Under the pieces are notes generated by a model, which worked only from the letters and a program-made list of their open reading frames with translations, was not told the origin of the DNA and made no database searches. Positions 26,963-42,429 of a stretch of DNA of 64,000 bases are shown piece after piece. The stretch covers positions 28,954,001-29,018,000 of the forward strand of contig CM022670.1 of NCBI GenBank assembly GCA_012295275.1, given 5' to 3'. Made by a program: the position numbers and the translations under genes. The stretch comes from Chrysomallon squamiferum (taxonomy: Eukaryota > Animalia > Mollusca). Within the stretch, counting starts at the first letter, position 1; each line of letters opens with the position of its first letter.

Positions 26963-27463
26963 CTGATTTACACAGTGTCAAATACTGCGTGTGTGCTCAC
27001 AGGTGAATATAACAACAACAAATCACCCCGGTACGTTTTCAACACGTCCAAATGAGGTATTTCACAGAATCGGGCCACAAATATTGCTACAGTATTTTGC
27101 AGATAAATCTGCGATAAACTGTTATTCCGTTGTTCTCTTGTAATATTCTGGTTTGTTAATCAGCAAAAGTTTAAAGCCAGAGGCTGTAGGATATCTCCAT
27201 GAAAATTTTATCTCTTTGCGTTACCTGCTTGTTAATAAAGGTAATCGGATGTAACAACACCTGGGCCGTTGGCTGCAGGTTGTCAGAAACACCGATGAAT
27301 CATTCACAGTCTTCGCTCGACTTTTTACTTCTTATTTTTCTTGAATTTTTTTTTTTTTTTTTTTTTCTTCTTCTTCTTCTTCTTTTTTTCACTTTCTACT
27401 CAATTCGTCTGTCTTCAAATAACTTCTGCCGCCGTGTTTAAACTCGTATTATCTTGGGGTCGG

Positions 27464-27590
27464 TCTTTATACCAGAGGGTGAGTCACACAGACAATTGTT
27501 TATACCTGGTTTACAAAGCGATACAACGCTCTGCCGTCTCGCGCTGTCTGTTCCACTTTTCTACAACCTGATTGGAGGAAGGCGGGAAAA
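27464..27590 (-). promoter_or_regulatory. Candidate core promoter of adaptor paralog A
   Basis: Minus-strand TATAAAGA (27464-27471), AP-1 consensus TGAGTCA (27480-27486), second TATAAA (27499-27504), CCAAT (27571-27575) and E2F-like TTTCCCGCC (27581-27589), in a locally GC-richer patch about 500 bp upstream of the ATG. Motif-based only. Confidence 0.45.
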
Positions 27591-28224
27591 CCCTCTCTCA
27601 TTTCTGCCACACAGCGACACGAGGCTATCCCACGTAATTATTATTATAGAAATTGTCCGCCGATTTTTAGCGTTTTGTTTCCCTGTGCATGACCAATTAC
27701 ATGGTGTCAGACACCCAGTTCACCAGTTGTTTTCAAATTTTTAGAAGCGTGAAATAAAAGAAGAATCGAAAATAATTATAATAATAGAAACTGTCTTATA
27801 AGGAGAGAAATAAGGAAATTGACACAGTCGGAAATATTGTATGTCCTGGAGCGCAAATTTCAAGGCGGTATAGTTTTCGCATGACTTTGTCCAGGAAAAT
27901 GAACTTGGGTTACAGAAATACGTATGCATAAACTTAATTCAAACTTAAATGAATCGGAATCGGCTGTCAAAATATGTTTACGATATGTCGCTACTATTAC
28001 TAGGTCGTATTTGTTGATTTGAGTCCGTCATGTTAGACATTTGTAAACAAGTTCATTCAGTTTAAATATAAATGTAAAAACAATTATTTCTCAAGGAAAT
28101 AGGATTAAAATTTAGAAATATTTTATTTGCATGTTTTATATGTCCATTTATTGAAAGAAAAAGAATCAGTCACATACGCGCGCCCTCAAACATTCACAAA
28201 CATACAAGCGCGCGCGCGCACGCG

Positions 28225-28255
<31 letters not shown>

Positions 28256-31200
28256 GTGAATCCGCATATCTTCTATAAATATATATACACATACCCGATT
28301 ATGACCTATCTGTATATGTCTGAATATTTGAATATTATCTCAGAGTCGGTCTTTGTAGCGAATGTCATTTTAACAAATACTAAAAAAAAATTGATTCATA
28401 TTGAATATTTCTCTGATGAGTAATAGTCATTATCCATGATGACTCACGAACCTTTAACGTAGAGATAATTACATCTGATTAGATACAGACTTAGATATCA
28501 ACGGCTAAAGAAAAAGAAAAAAAATCGCTATTTAACATTCGTAGTTAATATTTAATTCATTTTTAAACGAGAAATGAGAATGGGAGAGGAGAAAGATTGA
28601 AATTGAAAACAAGGAGAAAGAACGAGCAGACGACCACTTACACACAGATACATAAACAGACAAACAGACATACAGAAAAAGATGAGACATAAAGGGTATA
28701 AATAATGAGAAATATGACTGTGACGTCAGAAACTAAAAGAGGGGCTAGGAAGACCGAGTGAGTAAAACAAAGATAATGAGATACAGAAAAGACGAAAATA
28801 ATTTGAAGGAAGTGTGTGTATGGGTGCGTGTATATGTGTATGCGCACGGTTGTGTAATTGTATATGTTTAATTTTTCTAACACAGTTCGTCTCTACTTCC
28901 TTTAATTATATCATTTTTTATCTCACCGACATACAAACAAATTGCCTCCAGATCACCTCAGTGTAAACGACAATTAAAAGTAATAAAACTGGCTCCCAGA
29001 TTGCTTTGAAAAAGTAAAAACAAAAAAAAAAAAAAAAAAAAAAAGTGAAGAAAACTGATGTATTCATCAAACTATATAGCTTAAAGCACAATAAATATGT
29101 TTACCGCCATGTCATAAACCTCAACAAAATATTCCGTCCTCCGGCCAAATAGACAGGATACGTAACGGTTGGTGTAAAATTACGCTGCATTCTTTTCGAA
29201 ACCGCTGGGTCGTGACTGCGCGTGTTGGCGACTTTAATTCAGCGTCCATACCAAGATGGTTGCCTTTAATTATAAAGGTTACTGTTGATCAGACGTTAAT
29301 TGATGGGCCATTAAGAACGTGCTAACCGCAGTGTCTGTAATTACGGCAGCCGGAACGAGTAACAAGAATCACTAACATTTTATGTGTTGAGAATTTAATG
29401 GGCTGGTGAAATCAAATTATGAGATCTTTAATAATAACATTTCCGACCGTTGGTATGGAGTTGTTGTAAATGTAGCGTGTGTTTTAGTACCACATGTTTC
29501 TGTACTTATGCCCTGATAGAGAATTAGCACATCATTAACTTTGTAGTTGCTATAGATGTGGTAGCAGTTGTAGTGGTAGTAGTAAAATAATAATACAATA
29601 TTGATAGTATTCGTGTTGACTAGTGCTAACAGCAACATCTGCATCATTATTAATAGTAATAGTTGTAGTAATTGTAGTAATAGTAGCAACAGTAGTGGTA
29701 ATTAGCAGTAGAATGAGAAAATAATTAATTAACAGAGAAAACAAAACAGCTTAACACTAACCAAGAATGAAAAAAAAAAGAAAAAAAAAAGCCGAAAATC
29801 AAACAGAATGGAAAGCAAATTCTAAAAGTACCCCCCAAAAAGAAGAAAGAAACACCCCAAAAAACCCTGTTTTCTTCAGTCATACAGTGACATTCTGTAT
29901 TTCTGGCCCACTGATAAACTGGTACATGATAGGTCAAATTCTTCTTTAACAGTGCAAACACATACATGTAACTGTTTTCAGGAGGTAGATATTTGTATCT
30001 GAGGAAGTTGCTTGTTCAAGATGTATCGTTCCCTGTGGCTGTAGTTTTTGTATATACATCTAGAGGCTACAGCAACATTGTAAGGTCAAGCCAAATGTTA
30101 ATACTTGCAGAAAACAGCCAAAGTCTAAAAGTGGCATCTAGGATTTGTATAACAATTTACAAAAAAAAATGTCTTGTATATACTCAACTTCACACGTGTA
30201 TGTATAAAGTGTATTGAAGCCCGAAGGAAGAAAATACGAAGAAATGGTTTACTTGAACTAGGGTTTGTTTTACTAAGAATAGAATGGCTGTTTGAATAAT
30301 TTGCTTTGGAAATTGGTTCTTTTTTTCTTTTTTCTTTTTTTCTAGAAACAAAATAAAAAATTAAAAAATAAAAATACAAATCCCCTGACATTTATATACA
30401 AACACTAACATATACACACTACATACAATTCACATATACACACACACACATCATTATATATATATATATACACACGCACACATACATACATACATACATA
30501 CATACATATTTACATATAGAAATAGATGCATATATACATACTATAAATAATCAGGAAGGAAAACAGATAATAATTGCATGATTTGAATTTGTTTCTTCTT
30601 TCACAGTACAATAACTGTATAAATTATTACATAACAGTGGTTCGCCATAAGATACGCGTCTTTCAGTATAACCTTTTTTTTATTATTATTATTTTTTTTT
30701 TTTTTTTTTTTTTTATTGTCATTAACTGGATTAACCATCTGCTCAAATTTCTGTCACATTTATTTACACAAGAAAAAAAGAAGAAAAAAGAAGCACTAAA
30801 GATTCACTCTGTTGGAACGTTTTAATTTCTAAATATACGCTTCGGGATACAGGGGCGGGTCGAGAAGATCAGAAAAGGGAGTGACTGCCTTCACGGTGAC
30901 GGGTGCAACCTTCGAGATGAACTTTATTTAATTACGAAGACAAAATTGGTCAGCGAAAACACGAGATGTCAGACGTACCAGGTGGGTGGACCATCTTGAC
31001 TGGACGTCTTTTTTACTTTCTACAGCACCACGGAGTTAATCAAGCAGACTGATTCCATGGCCCCAGGACTTTAAGTATCCCTTCCGCCGCCTCTGCTCTA
31101 GATCCTTCCCAGTGTCATTGCTGGATCTTCGAATTTGTCTTTATCATGCTGACGTCACTTGACCTCATTTTTTTTCATTTTTTATAATCTGCAATGACAT

Positions 31201-31916
31201 GACCTAGCTTAGTTCACCTAGATACTACATTGGTGATCAGATTATGATAATGTACGTTAATAATTAGGTTTTGTTTTACATCTCATGACAGTCACATGCA
31301 CTGTAGGTCCAGATGAAATATTTCACCTCTTATTTATTATCTCGGCAAGTAATAAACACTTACTACCTGTTTTTTTCTTTTTTTTTTTTTTTTTTTTGCT
31401 CCGTATTCATATGCCGAGAAAAGAAATCTAGTTTTGTTCAGGTCGTTTATCTAACATAAGAAAAAGTGATTTCGTATATATTAAAATAAACATATTTACG
31501 TATGTCTTTAAGAGAGACAGACAGGTGTATATATATATATATATATATATATGAGGGCTTATGAAAAGAAGTTCATTATTAACAAGAAACAAACAAGAGG
31601 TAATAAATAAATACATTTTTTTTTCCTTAATGAAAACATTTAATTTCCTTTTGGGATAAGCGATTACTTAATAACACAAGAACGTTGGAAACGTTTGGCC
31701 TTCATCTATATCTTAATATATTTTTTTCATCGCTTCTGTGGGAATCTCTTTGATTTCTAAACAAACACTCTCAACAAAGATGGAATAGCAGAAGAGCTGA
31801 ATATAATCTGCAAATACAGATGAGATTATTACTTTAGTAGTTAATTACGTAATTCACACTTAGAACTGGAGTTCTCTTTCTCTGAGTCTTTGCTACCCTT
31901 TAATAGCCTGCCGCCT

Positions 31917-31984
<68 letters not shown>

Positions 31985-34900
31985 CAATGTATATGTCTGT
32001 CTCATTCTATCTCCCTATTTTTATCTCTCACTCTTTCCATTTATCTACGTATTTCTATAATACTGTATCTGTCTGTCTATCTGCGTATCATCTCTGTCTT
32101 TATCTGTCTCTTTTTCACTATCACTCTCTATCTCTCATTTTCTTTCTATCAGCCTGTCTATCTCTTTCCAACACTAATTTGTCTTTCCGTGTACATGTCT
32201 GTTGTGACATGCAAAAATGTTAAATATTTAGCCATGAAACATCAACGCTAATCAATTACTTCTTGTCATAAAATTATTTGTAAGCTGTTTTTCGAATATT
32301 CCTTCTTATAGGCTTTACTAACACCTGTCCGTAATCAAAGTAATTAATTCTCACTTGCCAAACTTTATAACAACCGTTCTTTCACAAAGGTCGGTATTGT
32401 GCCCGATAGCCAGTTCTCTGTAACTAAATTTCAGTATTAAAACTTCATAATCAAACCTCTTAAACAAGCCAAACAACAAATTATATTTAATGAAACATCA
32501 ATAAGACACAGAAATTTAAAAAAAAAAAAAATCGTCAACGACCACTGTCACTATTTGAATTTCATCTATTTAATTTCTGTCAAGAAACCGCATTAAAGCC
32601 CAACTTAAATACAAGATATCCAGGAGACTTAACTAAATAACTTTAATTAAAACTGGGACAGGTATTACGTGACGTTTCCCATCGAGCACCAAGCACGCCT
32701 GCCGTGGACACAACCTTTAAGTTTAGCTAGGCAGTTCTGTTCAAGCTGCATATAGTTCGTGTTTTTGTTTTCATTCTCATTAACTAAATAAACAAACAGC
32801 TGGCCTAACAAATTCATTTCAAACCGCATTGACTGTGTGAGTACACAGGCTGATGTTGGCCACGACTGGCGTGTGTTGTAAAACGTTAAACAGAGACGCA
32901 CTCAGTAACTTCAGACTTAGTGTACAAAGCGAGGGGAATCGTCTTGGTTTCGTTTTCAGGCGATTTGCTCTGTTGATGACAAAATAATAACGTGAAAAAA
33001 TCAGGCTTGAGTAATTAAAAGTAATTTTTAAAAGATGAATGATCGAATAAATGAACGATCAAACGAACGAACGAACGAATGAATGAATGAATCATGTTTA
33101 TACGTGAGCAAAAGTTTTCATGATTGTAGATAATTAATTTTATAAAATTTAGCCGGTACCTTCGATTTTCAAGATTTTATTTTGTATTAAAAAAATAAAA
33201 TAATAATAACGGAATCAGATAAGCTTGGAACGCATTCTCCAGCATTTATCTTTGTAGATAAAAAAAATGTGCTATAGTTTATTATATATAGGTGTGTAAT
33301 CTTTTATTATTTATTGAATTATGCAGGGTTTTGTTTTGTTTTTAATTTTTTGGTAAAATTATTTTGCACACCTCAATGACAAAATGAACTCTTTGACATT
33401 GTGGCAATATTTTACTCTAACAAAAAATAAAAAAAAAAAAATTATAAAAAAATAAAAATAGAAGAAGAAAAAGAAAAAAAAAAAAAAAAAAAAAAAACAC
33501 CCAACAAACAAAACATTATAAGTTCTGGTTCTGATGTTAAATTTCGTATTACAAGTCCACATCAACACACTCAGTAACTGTTACACTACTACACAATTAC
33601 CCCAGTAATTGTTTTATCTCAGTGTTACGTTACACCGCTGACGTGTTATTAAACATACATACCTTTCCTCTCTTTTCTCTTTGTTCTGTGCGCGGTAGTA
33701 CATTCATCACCAGTAAAGGTTATTTGTAGTACGCATTCAGGTAATTGCAACAAACAGACCACAAAAAGACCTGTTTGCACCTGCGATAAGTAAATGCAAG
33801 TGGAAGTAACAACAATGGCATTTGATTTGAAGAACACAAGAGACCGCTAATGACTTTGAAAATCGATGTTAAACATTGGACGTGCATGTGAAGATATTCA
33901 CAACGCGGATGTTTGTCAGGACGATTGTTTTTAATCTCCGTATGCAATCAGTTCTGCGTTTAAAAACAAGTGTGAATACTAACGTACCGGTAAACTGAAT
34001 ATGGTGTGAATATTTTTTTTACACAGTTTAGTGATTTGAAAGTCTTTTTTTTCTTTTCGTATATAAATTATAATAAAGTTAACACTGTATTACTCTTTTA
34101 TAAGAGTCAGCGAAATGAATTTTTAAAAAAGAAGAAAAAGAAGGAAATGGAACTGATAGAAAAATGCAAAAGAAGAAACAGAGTTAGAGAGACAGACAGA
34201 AAGACAGAAAGACAGAAAGACAGAAAGACAGAATATAACCGGATGCGTTACGAACCAATAAATAATGTCTAGTTTAAAATGTACTGATGAACTCCCATAA
34301 TTATAATATTATCAAGCAGAAGATATTAAGCGTTCTCAGTGTAAAAAGTTCACATTGATTTCTCCTGTTTCACATCCTCTGGACATAACTTTATTCTGTA
34401 TGTGAGCAAATCCGCTCGCTTCCTGCTAAAACTCTCTCGTTCTCACTTGACCAGCTGCCCAAGTAAACCGAAATCTCTCGTCTGTTAATCCAACACTGTC
34501 CTGCTTCAGATAATCCACGCTGGATTTTTATTAGGTGATACACAGAACATGTACTTTAAAACGAAGTCCACAAATGAAGTATGTATGCAGAAACCCCTTT
34601 ACTATCAAACAGTTTTAATATCAGTCTTTTTCTAACTCCATTAAGACCATAAATTTAAAGACTGGACTATTTTATTTAAAACTGTATAATTAAACTAACA
34701 ATGCAATGAGGGAACTCAGCTATCACCAAACATAATCAGAAGCAGTAGTTACAGTATTTTGTGTTTGTGTGTGTGTTGGAGGGTGTGTTTAAATTATATT
34801 TTAAAAAAAACAACTTTTGTTGATAATTACTGATAACTAACACAGAGTAAATTAAAGTATTAAGAATAAAGATAACAAGAAAAACAAATTAATAAAACAA

Positions 34901-36754
34901 GAAACTAGTATTATCCGACAAACCAAAAGATCTAACAATTAGAACAAGTAAAACATGCAAAATTCATAAAAATAAGAAAGAAGGAGAAAGAAAGATGAAT
35001 GAAATGAAGAAACAAACAAACAACAAATAAACAAATAAATAAATAAATATGTAAAATGAAAAATAATAAAATAAAGAAACAAATAAATAAATAAGCAAAC
35101 AAATAACAAACAAACAAATAAATAAATTTACAATTTTTATAAGCTTATAACTTCGGCTTTATATTTAAAATCAAACAAACAAATCAACAAAAAATAAATA
35201 AATTAAAAATTAAAAATTAAAAAAATAATAACAAGAAAAAAAAACATCACAACAAAACAAACTATAAAATTATGCTTTTCTTCCATAGTCTGTTAAATGT
35301 GTAAAGCACCCTTCACAAAAAAATAAAAATAAAAATAAAAAGTTTAAAATATTATTTCAAAATTCAAACAGCTTATTTCTTATACAATACGGTCATTGTA
35401 TTTGGATTTCACACACTAATTCTGTGAAAGGAGGGGACACAGAGAGGTGGTTAAGGTATTAAGGAGAAAAAATTAATGATGAATCTTTTCTAATTCCACG
35501 TAGCTGGGTGACACGGCTATAACGGTGCTGAACAAACAGTCGGTTAACCATTGTAGTTTTACTTGGTTTTGTCTGTGGTCAGAGACTTGTCAAAATCAGC
35601 AAAAGCATGAGAAAATATTACGTGTTATTGTGAGAGCTAATGTGAAGAAAACTCAGAGGAAAACAAATAATGATGATGCACTGTAATTATGGTTTTAGGT
35701 TTTAAATTTAAAGAAGTCGTTTCTTTTTTTTTTTTTTTTTTTTTTTATTTTGTTGTTGTTTCTTTTGTTTTTCTTTTTTTTTTTTTTTTTTTTTTTTGTT
35801 GTTGTTGTTGTTTCTTTTGTTTTGTTCTTTTTGGGTTGTTTTTTTTTTTTTTCTTTGGGTTTTTACTCTTTCTTTCTTTATTTATTTCTTTATTTCTTTA
35901 TTTATTATTTATTTATTACTATATCTCTTTTTTCTCTCTCTCCTCTTTTTTTTAAATTTTTTTTTCTTTCATTCTTTCTTTCTTTCTTTTTCTGGTTTTT
36001 CTTTTTTTCTTGTCTTTTATTATTTATTATTTCAGATACATAGGTCAGCTTTTGATCAAAGCCGTAATCCGAAATAAAATGCGGCGCCAATAAAAAAAAT
36101 TAATAATAATAAATTAAAAAAAAAAACACCTATAAGTACTCGAGAAAACCGATTAAATTTATGCTGTGTATGCATAAACCATATATGCACCCGCATATAT
36201 CTCACAGAAAGGAACAAGCACTCGTATTTGATAAAAACTTAATATTATAATTTCTTTTTTATTTATCTCTTAAAAAACAAGTATTACAACTTCAAAGCAA
36301 GAATTTTACAATTCATTTTAAAATTACATTATTCCGAGCATCATCTGGATAATTCCGCCCATTTTAGTTCATTTGTTAATTTGAACACGTTTTTTTTCAT
36401 CATGGCTTATTTCCGCATCGCAGTCTTCTCATACATTCCAAAGATTAATCCTCAACACACACAGCAACAAGCTGTCTGATCAACAAATAAATAATGTCTA
36501 CTCAGTACCCGACTGTATTGTCAGAATTGTAAAGTCTAAAAAGTAGCAATTTCATCGAGATTTTCCTGACAACAGGCGAGTCCCAGCATTCCCTGCGTCT
36601 GACCCCTATATGTAGCTAAAAGTGTCACGAGTTTATTTTAGTCTGTAGTTAGTGCATCATTAACTAGGTGTTCGCTCTTTTCATGTTCAGGGATGCCATG
36701 ATGGTCTTGACAAATTATACTAGCTTTTTGTTCAGCAGTGTCTTCAGATCATCA

Positions 36755-36831
<77 letters not shown>

Positions 36832-37760
36832 TGTTTGTGAATTTAACAGTAATTAATTTTGTATATACGATTATTAGATGTCCTGTATTTAAAAATTTGA
36901 CATTGGTCAGAAGCAGCATATATTAAGCAATATATCTTTTACGTACATTATTCACTTTTAACACAGAACAGAATACACTATTTAAGAAAATTAATCATTT
37001 CTCCAATTGTTTCGTTAAACCAAAACCTTTCTTCCTTCTTCTTTTTGGAACGTTTTCTTTTTTTTTATTTCCTTTTTCTTTCTCTTTTTTTTTAAATTTT
37101 TTTAAAATTTTTTCCTTTTTATTTTTTATTTTTCTCTTTTGTTTTTTAATTTATTTATTTATTTCTTTCATGAATGATGCGTTTTTTTCGTCTGCAAGAC
37201 ACGTGGCACACAAAGGGATTACTAGTTTAAGCCAGTCTGACGCGGTTATTTACCAGTGATCTTACAACTCTCATCTAACTCTCAGTCGTCTGCTCCGTGC
37301 TATCCACTCACACAACAATTCATCGTCTTTCTACCTCATTTTTAATTTTTTAATTTATATATATATATTTATATTTATTTATTTTTGTTATAACTTTCAT
37401 TTTAACTACATGCACGTAGCTGAAATGTGTATTTTGCAATGGATTATTTTTCTTTCTATTTCTCTTTGGTTTCCTCTTCATGTTGTTTTAGATATTTGTT
37501 GACGCTCTCATCGCAGTCGTTGATATTATCATTCTTGTGGTGGTCTTCAATATTGTTGCTGTTTATTTAGTCTTAGTAATTGTGTTGTTGTTCGGCCACG
37601 TTATAAGTATTAGTTGTTATCGTGTTCGTCGTCGTTATAGTCGTTATAGGAGTTGTTGTTATTGTGTCATGTTTCGTTGTACTGGTCAAAATTGTACTCT
37701 GTCTTAGTTGTAACTGTAGGCACAGCAAGCGTACATGTCTAAATATTATTTAACGGAAAA

Positions 37761-37830
<70 letters not shown>

Positions 37831-37863
37831 CAACAACAGAAATATGTGCCACTTGTGCCCCAA

Positions 37864-37979
<116 letters not shown>

Positions 37980-39337
37980 AGTTCAATCTCAGTTCTCATT
38001 ATTTCATTCCAACCTAAAATCTTTTTCAATTACATTCCACACACGTATTTACACATTATTTCGACCTTCCAAGAAATCAAACTACAATATTACTTTTACA
38101 AATATTACATTTTACCCAACAACTACCTTGAACTCAGAATATACAAATAATACTAAAAACTGAATCCAAACATCAACAACATAACAAATCTGAATACACT
38201 TCCCTGTATTTCTCACACAGTAAGAACTGTCTGTCATTGCTTGAGTGATGTGTTTATTTAAAACAGATCCTTTCTCTCAATACAGGATTATCCCGTAAAG
38301 AAATCCGTTCTTGAATATACCAGAAAATCAAACAAAACTGAAAAATCTGGCAGTCGTCTTTACAAAAGTATAACAGGATCACGAAGTCTTGTCAAGGCCG
38401 CCGCAAAAAGTGTGCCTGTCGTCTTATTCTGCTTTGAAACATACCTGTGCAGGTAACTTAATTGTTGGCAGTGTGACTGCAGTAACATTGGGATATACAC
38501 TGGAGGCAAAACCAGTTCAAGGATTGTTGAATAAGCTTCAAGGAAAATGATATGAAATTTTCTGTTTATGTATTGAATTATTGCATATGTGTTTTAAGTA
38601 ATGATAATGATGATGATGATGATGATGTCAGCTATAACTTTGCTATGAAAATGGTAATTAAGACAGCTAAAATCAGTACAACAAAACACTAACAATAATA
38701 ATAATAATAATAATACTTGATAATAGTAGTATTGTAGCAGTATATTATTATTATTATTATTATTATTAAAAAAAAGAAAAAAGTCTACTTTTATAAATCT
38801 AATACAATGTCAGTCGACACATACGTGTTTTCGATATGAACGTTATTTCGTACATCTCACACATCTGATCTAACTCTTAATGTAAACATTTTCTGCATTC
38901 ATTTTGTCTTAATACTTTATCACAGAGGAAATTCGTCGGTTTTGTACAGGAAATGAACGGTAATTTTCTTTTTTCCTTCATGAAATAATTCACATACACT
39001 CCCATTAGAAATATGATTCTTAAAAGGATCTAAATTGAAAAACAAAGCTCGGTTCATGTCTTAGTAATCCTCTGACGTTTCGCCTTTGTTAGTCATTGGT
39101 TTATCGAGTCAGTGCTAAAAATACAAAATAAACAAATTGAAGTTACAACTGTTTTGTGATTACCCAGTATTAGGAAGGAGTATGAAGAAACAGTGAACTG
39201 TTAACAATTCTGTTAGTTCTCTACGATTACATATCAAAGCAGTGATTTGTATTTTACTGTCTATGGGAAAGTATTTTTGAAACAACACTTGCTGCTAACT
39301 GGAAGGAACAATTCTGGAGGTTTTCTTTCAAGATATC

Positions 39338-39403
<66 letters not shown>

Positions 39404-39717
39404 CATTATCATAATAATAACTAGCTATTAAAGTGTATCGAAGTTTTATTAATCATATATGCATTTATCTATTCATTCATTCATTCCTTCATTCTTTGTG
39501 TTTAATAATGTCTATAGTATGTCGTGTCCTGTTTATTGAAGGTTTCTGTGAAGTGACTGTAGCGATCAGTGCATTGTGACCCCTTACAGAGGTTTACATT
39601 AACACGTTTTGAAGTTTAATTATGCAAATATTTCATTCGTTAGTCATTCGTCCTTCGTTCATTATATGTGCTCATTCATTATTCGTTATCCATTCATTGT
39701 AAACAATATTCATGTGT

Positions 39718-39776
<59 letters not shown>

Positions 39777-40605
39777 CGTTTGCGTGAGACTGATATTATC
39801 AATAGAACGTACTAATAAGATCATATACAAAAAGGATAAAATTTCAATATAGTGTAAACCAATATCTGAATTCCTTCCACAGAGACACCTGTACAAGACC
39901 ACCATGATACTGAACACGTGACTACTGTATTAAAACACAATGACAGACATTCTGTACAACACAGTTATAATCCAGACACAACACAAAGCAAGTCATTCCG
40001 CCCAAAGCAATATCAATCCCTGACAGAACTAAACAACACGTTCTTAATTAGCCTTTATCTTCTAAGTCACTGGGCCGACGCAACCTCTTGACCTTTGGGG
40101 GTCAGTGTGTGAAGATATTATGACAGGGGCGCAATTTCCCTTCCGACTGATACAAAGGGACCTCACCCCTCGTTCTTTCCGGGGCGGTCCGCATGAAGGG
40201 TATCGGTAACGCAGTGGCCCATTTCTTGTGTCAGTTATAAATGCATTCTTTTCTTCATGTTTATATGGCTTGCAAAGATATGAGCATACGGCAGAAATAC
40301 TGAAGTACTTGATCTATAATTAAGAAGATATTTTAGAAGCTTTGTTTGATTCTGCGTTGAAAGCTGGATGTTATCTCAGAACACACACGCGCACTGAGTG
40401 CCGAAACTGAAGTAGCCTGATATAAATCTGTTACCAGTTTCTAGTAAAATGTTTGGATATTAATTAATTAATTATTTATTTCTATGTCATGACAGTTGCA
40501 GTAGTAGTTACAGCTTTTGTAGTGGTTGTTGTTGTTGCTGTTGTAGTAACATGAATAGAAGTAATATTATAAAAAAAATTGTTACCACAAGTATCTATGT
40601 ACGTA

Positions 40606-40870
40606 GTATGTATGTATGTATGTATGTATGTATGTATGTATGTATGTATGTATGTATGTATGTATGTATGTATATATATATATATATATACATACACACA
40701 CATACACATGTCTGCTTGTACGCACGCACGCCCAGACAAGCATTCATTCATACGTACATACATACATACATACATACATACATACATACATACATACATA
40801 ATGCATTCATACATAATGCATTCATACATACATACATACATAGATAATTCATTCATACATACATACGTAC
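40606..40870. repeat. Compound (TATG)n-(TA)n-(CATA)n microsatellite
   Basis: Direct reading; the two tetranucleotide arms are mutually complementary. Confidence 0.93.
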
Positions 40871-41775
40871 AAAAATACACTCATTTTCCTACATATACAT
40901 ATACACACATACCAATCATAGTTATTATTATTAGAAAAAAAAAAAAATTAAAACATGAGACAAAGACAATGCTGTAATTATCTTTCCTTTGTTTGTTTTC
41001 TTGTTATTTTTTCACATTTTCTTTATGTACTGTATGACTTTACTGTTTCATTGTTTGTTATTCTCCCCATGTTTATACCATTCAACACTGAGGTTTATTA
41101 TCTACGAGCGCGGTGGGAGGGGATCGTGGGAGGGGCAATAAACGCGTGCTTTATGCCGGACATAAATCTTTAGTGCACCTCTCATCTCCTGTCTTGGTAC
41201 GGGGAAGTCCGCTCTGACATTTCAGATGATCTTTGGAACACTTTGATGACCATTAACAAACTGACCATGGGCCATCTGAATGCAATGATTGTGTTTTGAG
41301 AACAATGACACACACATGGATGGGATGTTCTGCACTTGTTTGAGCAATAAACCAAGGCGTGGTGGGTCGTAGGATCATTCCTCCTTCGTTCCCTGGGTTG
41401 AGTATTATTTATTATTTCATGAAATTATCATTTGGTGATTTCATGAATAAAAAGTTGTGGTGTGCATCTTCTAAGTCGATGATTTTTATCACATGTTTTA
41501 TCACACTTTGCTAATGATTAGACGCTAATTTTGTGAATAACTAAGTGGCTTTTCCGCTAAGTTGGAAGTACATTGTTATTGCTAATATATAATAATCATC
41601 ATCATCAACAGCAGCATCGTCCGTATTATTATTTATTTATTTGTTTGTTTGTTTGATTGTTTGTTTTCTGAAATATAGCTAACAAATTGTTGCATGGCAA
41701 TTTTTTTAAGAAATAAAGGTAATGGAGAGAAAGAGAAAGCAGTATAGTTAAGTTATATGGATATTTACATTTCGT

Positions 41776-41820
41776 TTGTGTATGTCTGTGTGTGAGTGTG
41801 TGTGTGTGTTTGTGTATGTC

Positions 41821-41853
<33 letters not shown>

Positions 41854-42104
41854 GTGTCTGTGTGTGTGTGTCTGTGTGTGTGTGTCTGTGTGTGTGTTTG
41901 TGTGTGTGTGGCTGTGTGTGTGTGTGTCAGTGTGTGTGTGTGTGTGTCTGTGTGTGTGTGTCTGTCTGTGTGTGTGTCTGTCTGTGTGTATGTCTGTGTG
42001 TATGTGTGTCTGTGTGTGTGTGTGCGTGTGTGTATGTGTGTGTGTCTGTCTGTGTGTGTGTGACTGTGTGTATGTCTGTGTGTGTGTGTTTGTGACTGTG
42101 TGTC

Positions 42105-42164
<60 letters not shown>

Positions 42165-42356
42165 TATGTGTGTGTGTCTGTGTCTGTGTGTGTGTGTGTG
42201 TGTTTGTATGTGTGTTTGTGTGTGTGTGTCTGTGTCTGTGTGTGTGTGTGTGTTTGTATGTGTGTTTGTGTGTGTGTGTGTCTGTGTCTGTGTGTGTGTG
42301 TGTGTGTGTGTCTGTGTCTGTGTGTGTGTGTGTGTGTTTGTATGTGTGTTTGTGTG

Positions 42357-42427
<71 letters not shown>
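41776..42427. repeat. Long interrupted (TG)n microsatellite, about 650 bp
   Basis: TG run with TCTG/TTTG/TATG interruptions; source of the Cys-Val pseudo-ORFs. Confidence 0.96.
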
Positions 42428-42429
<2 letters not shown>

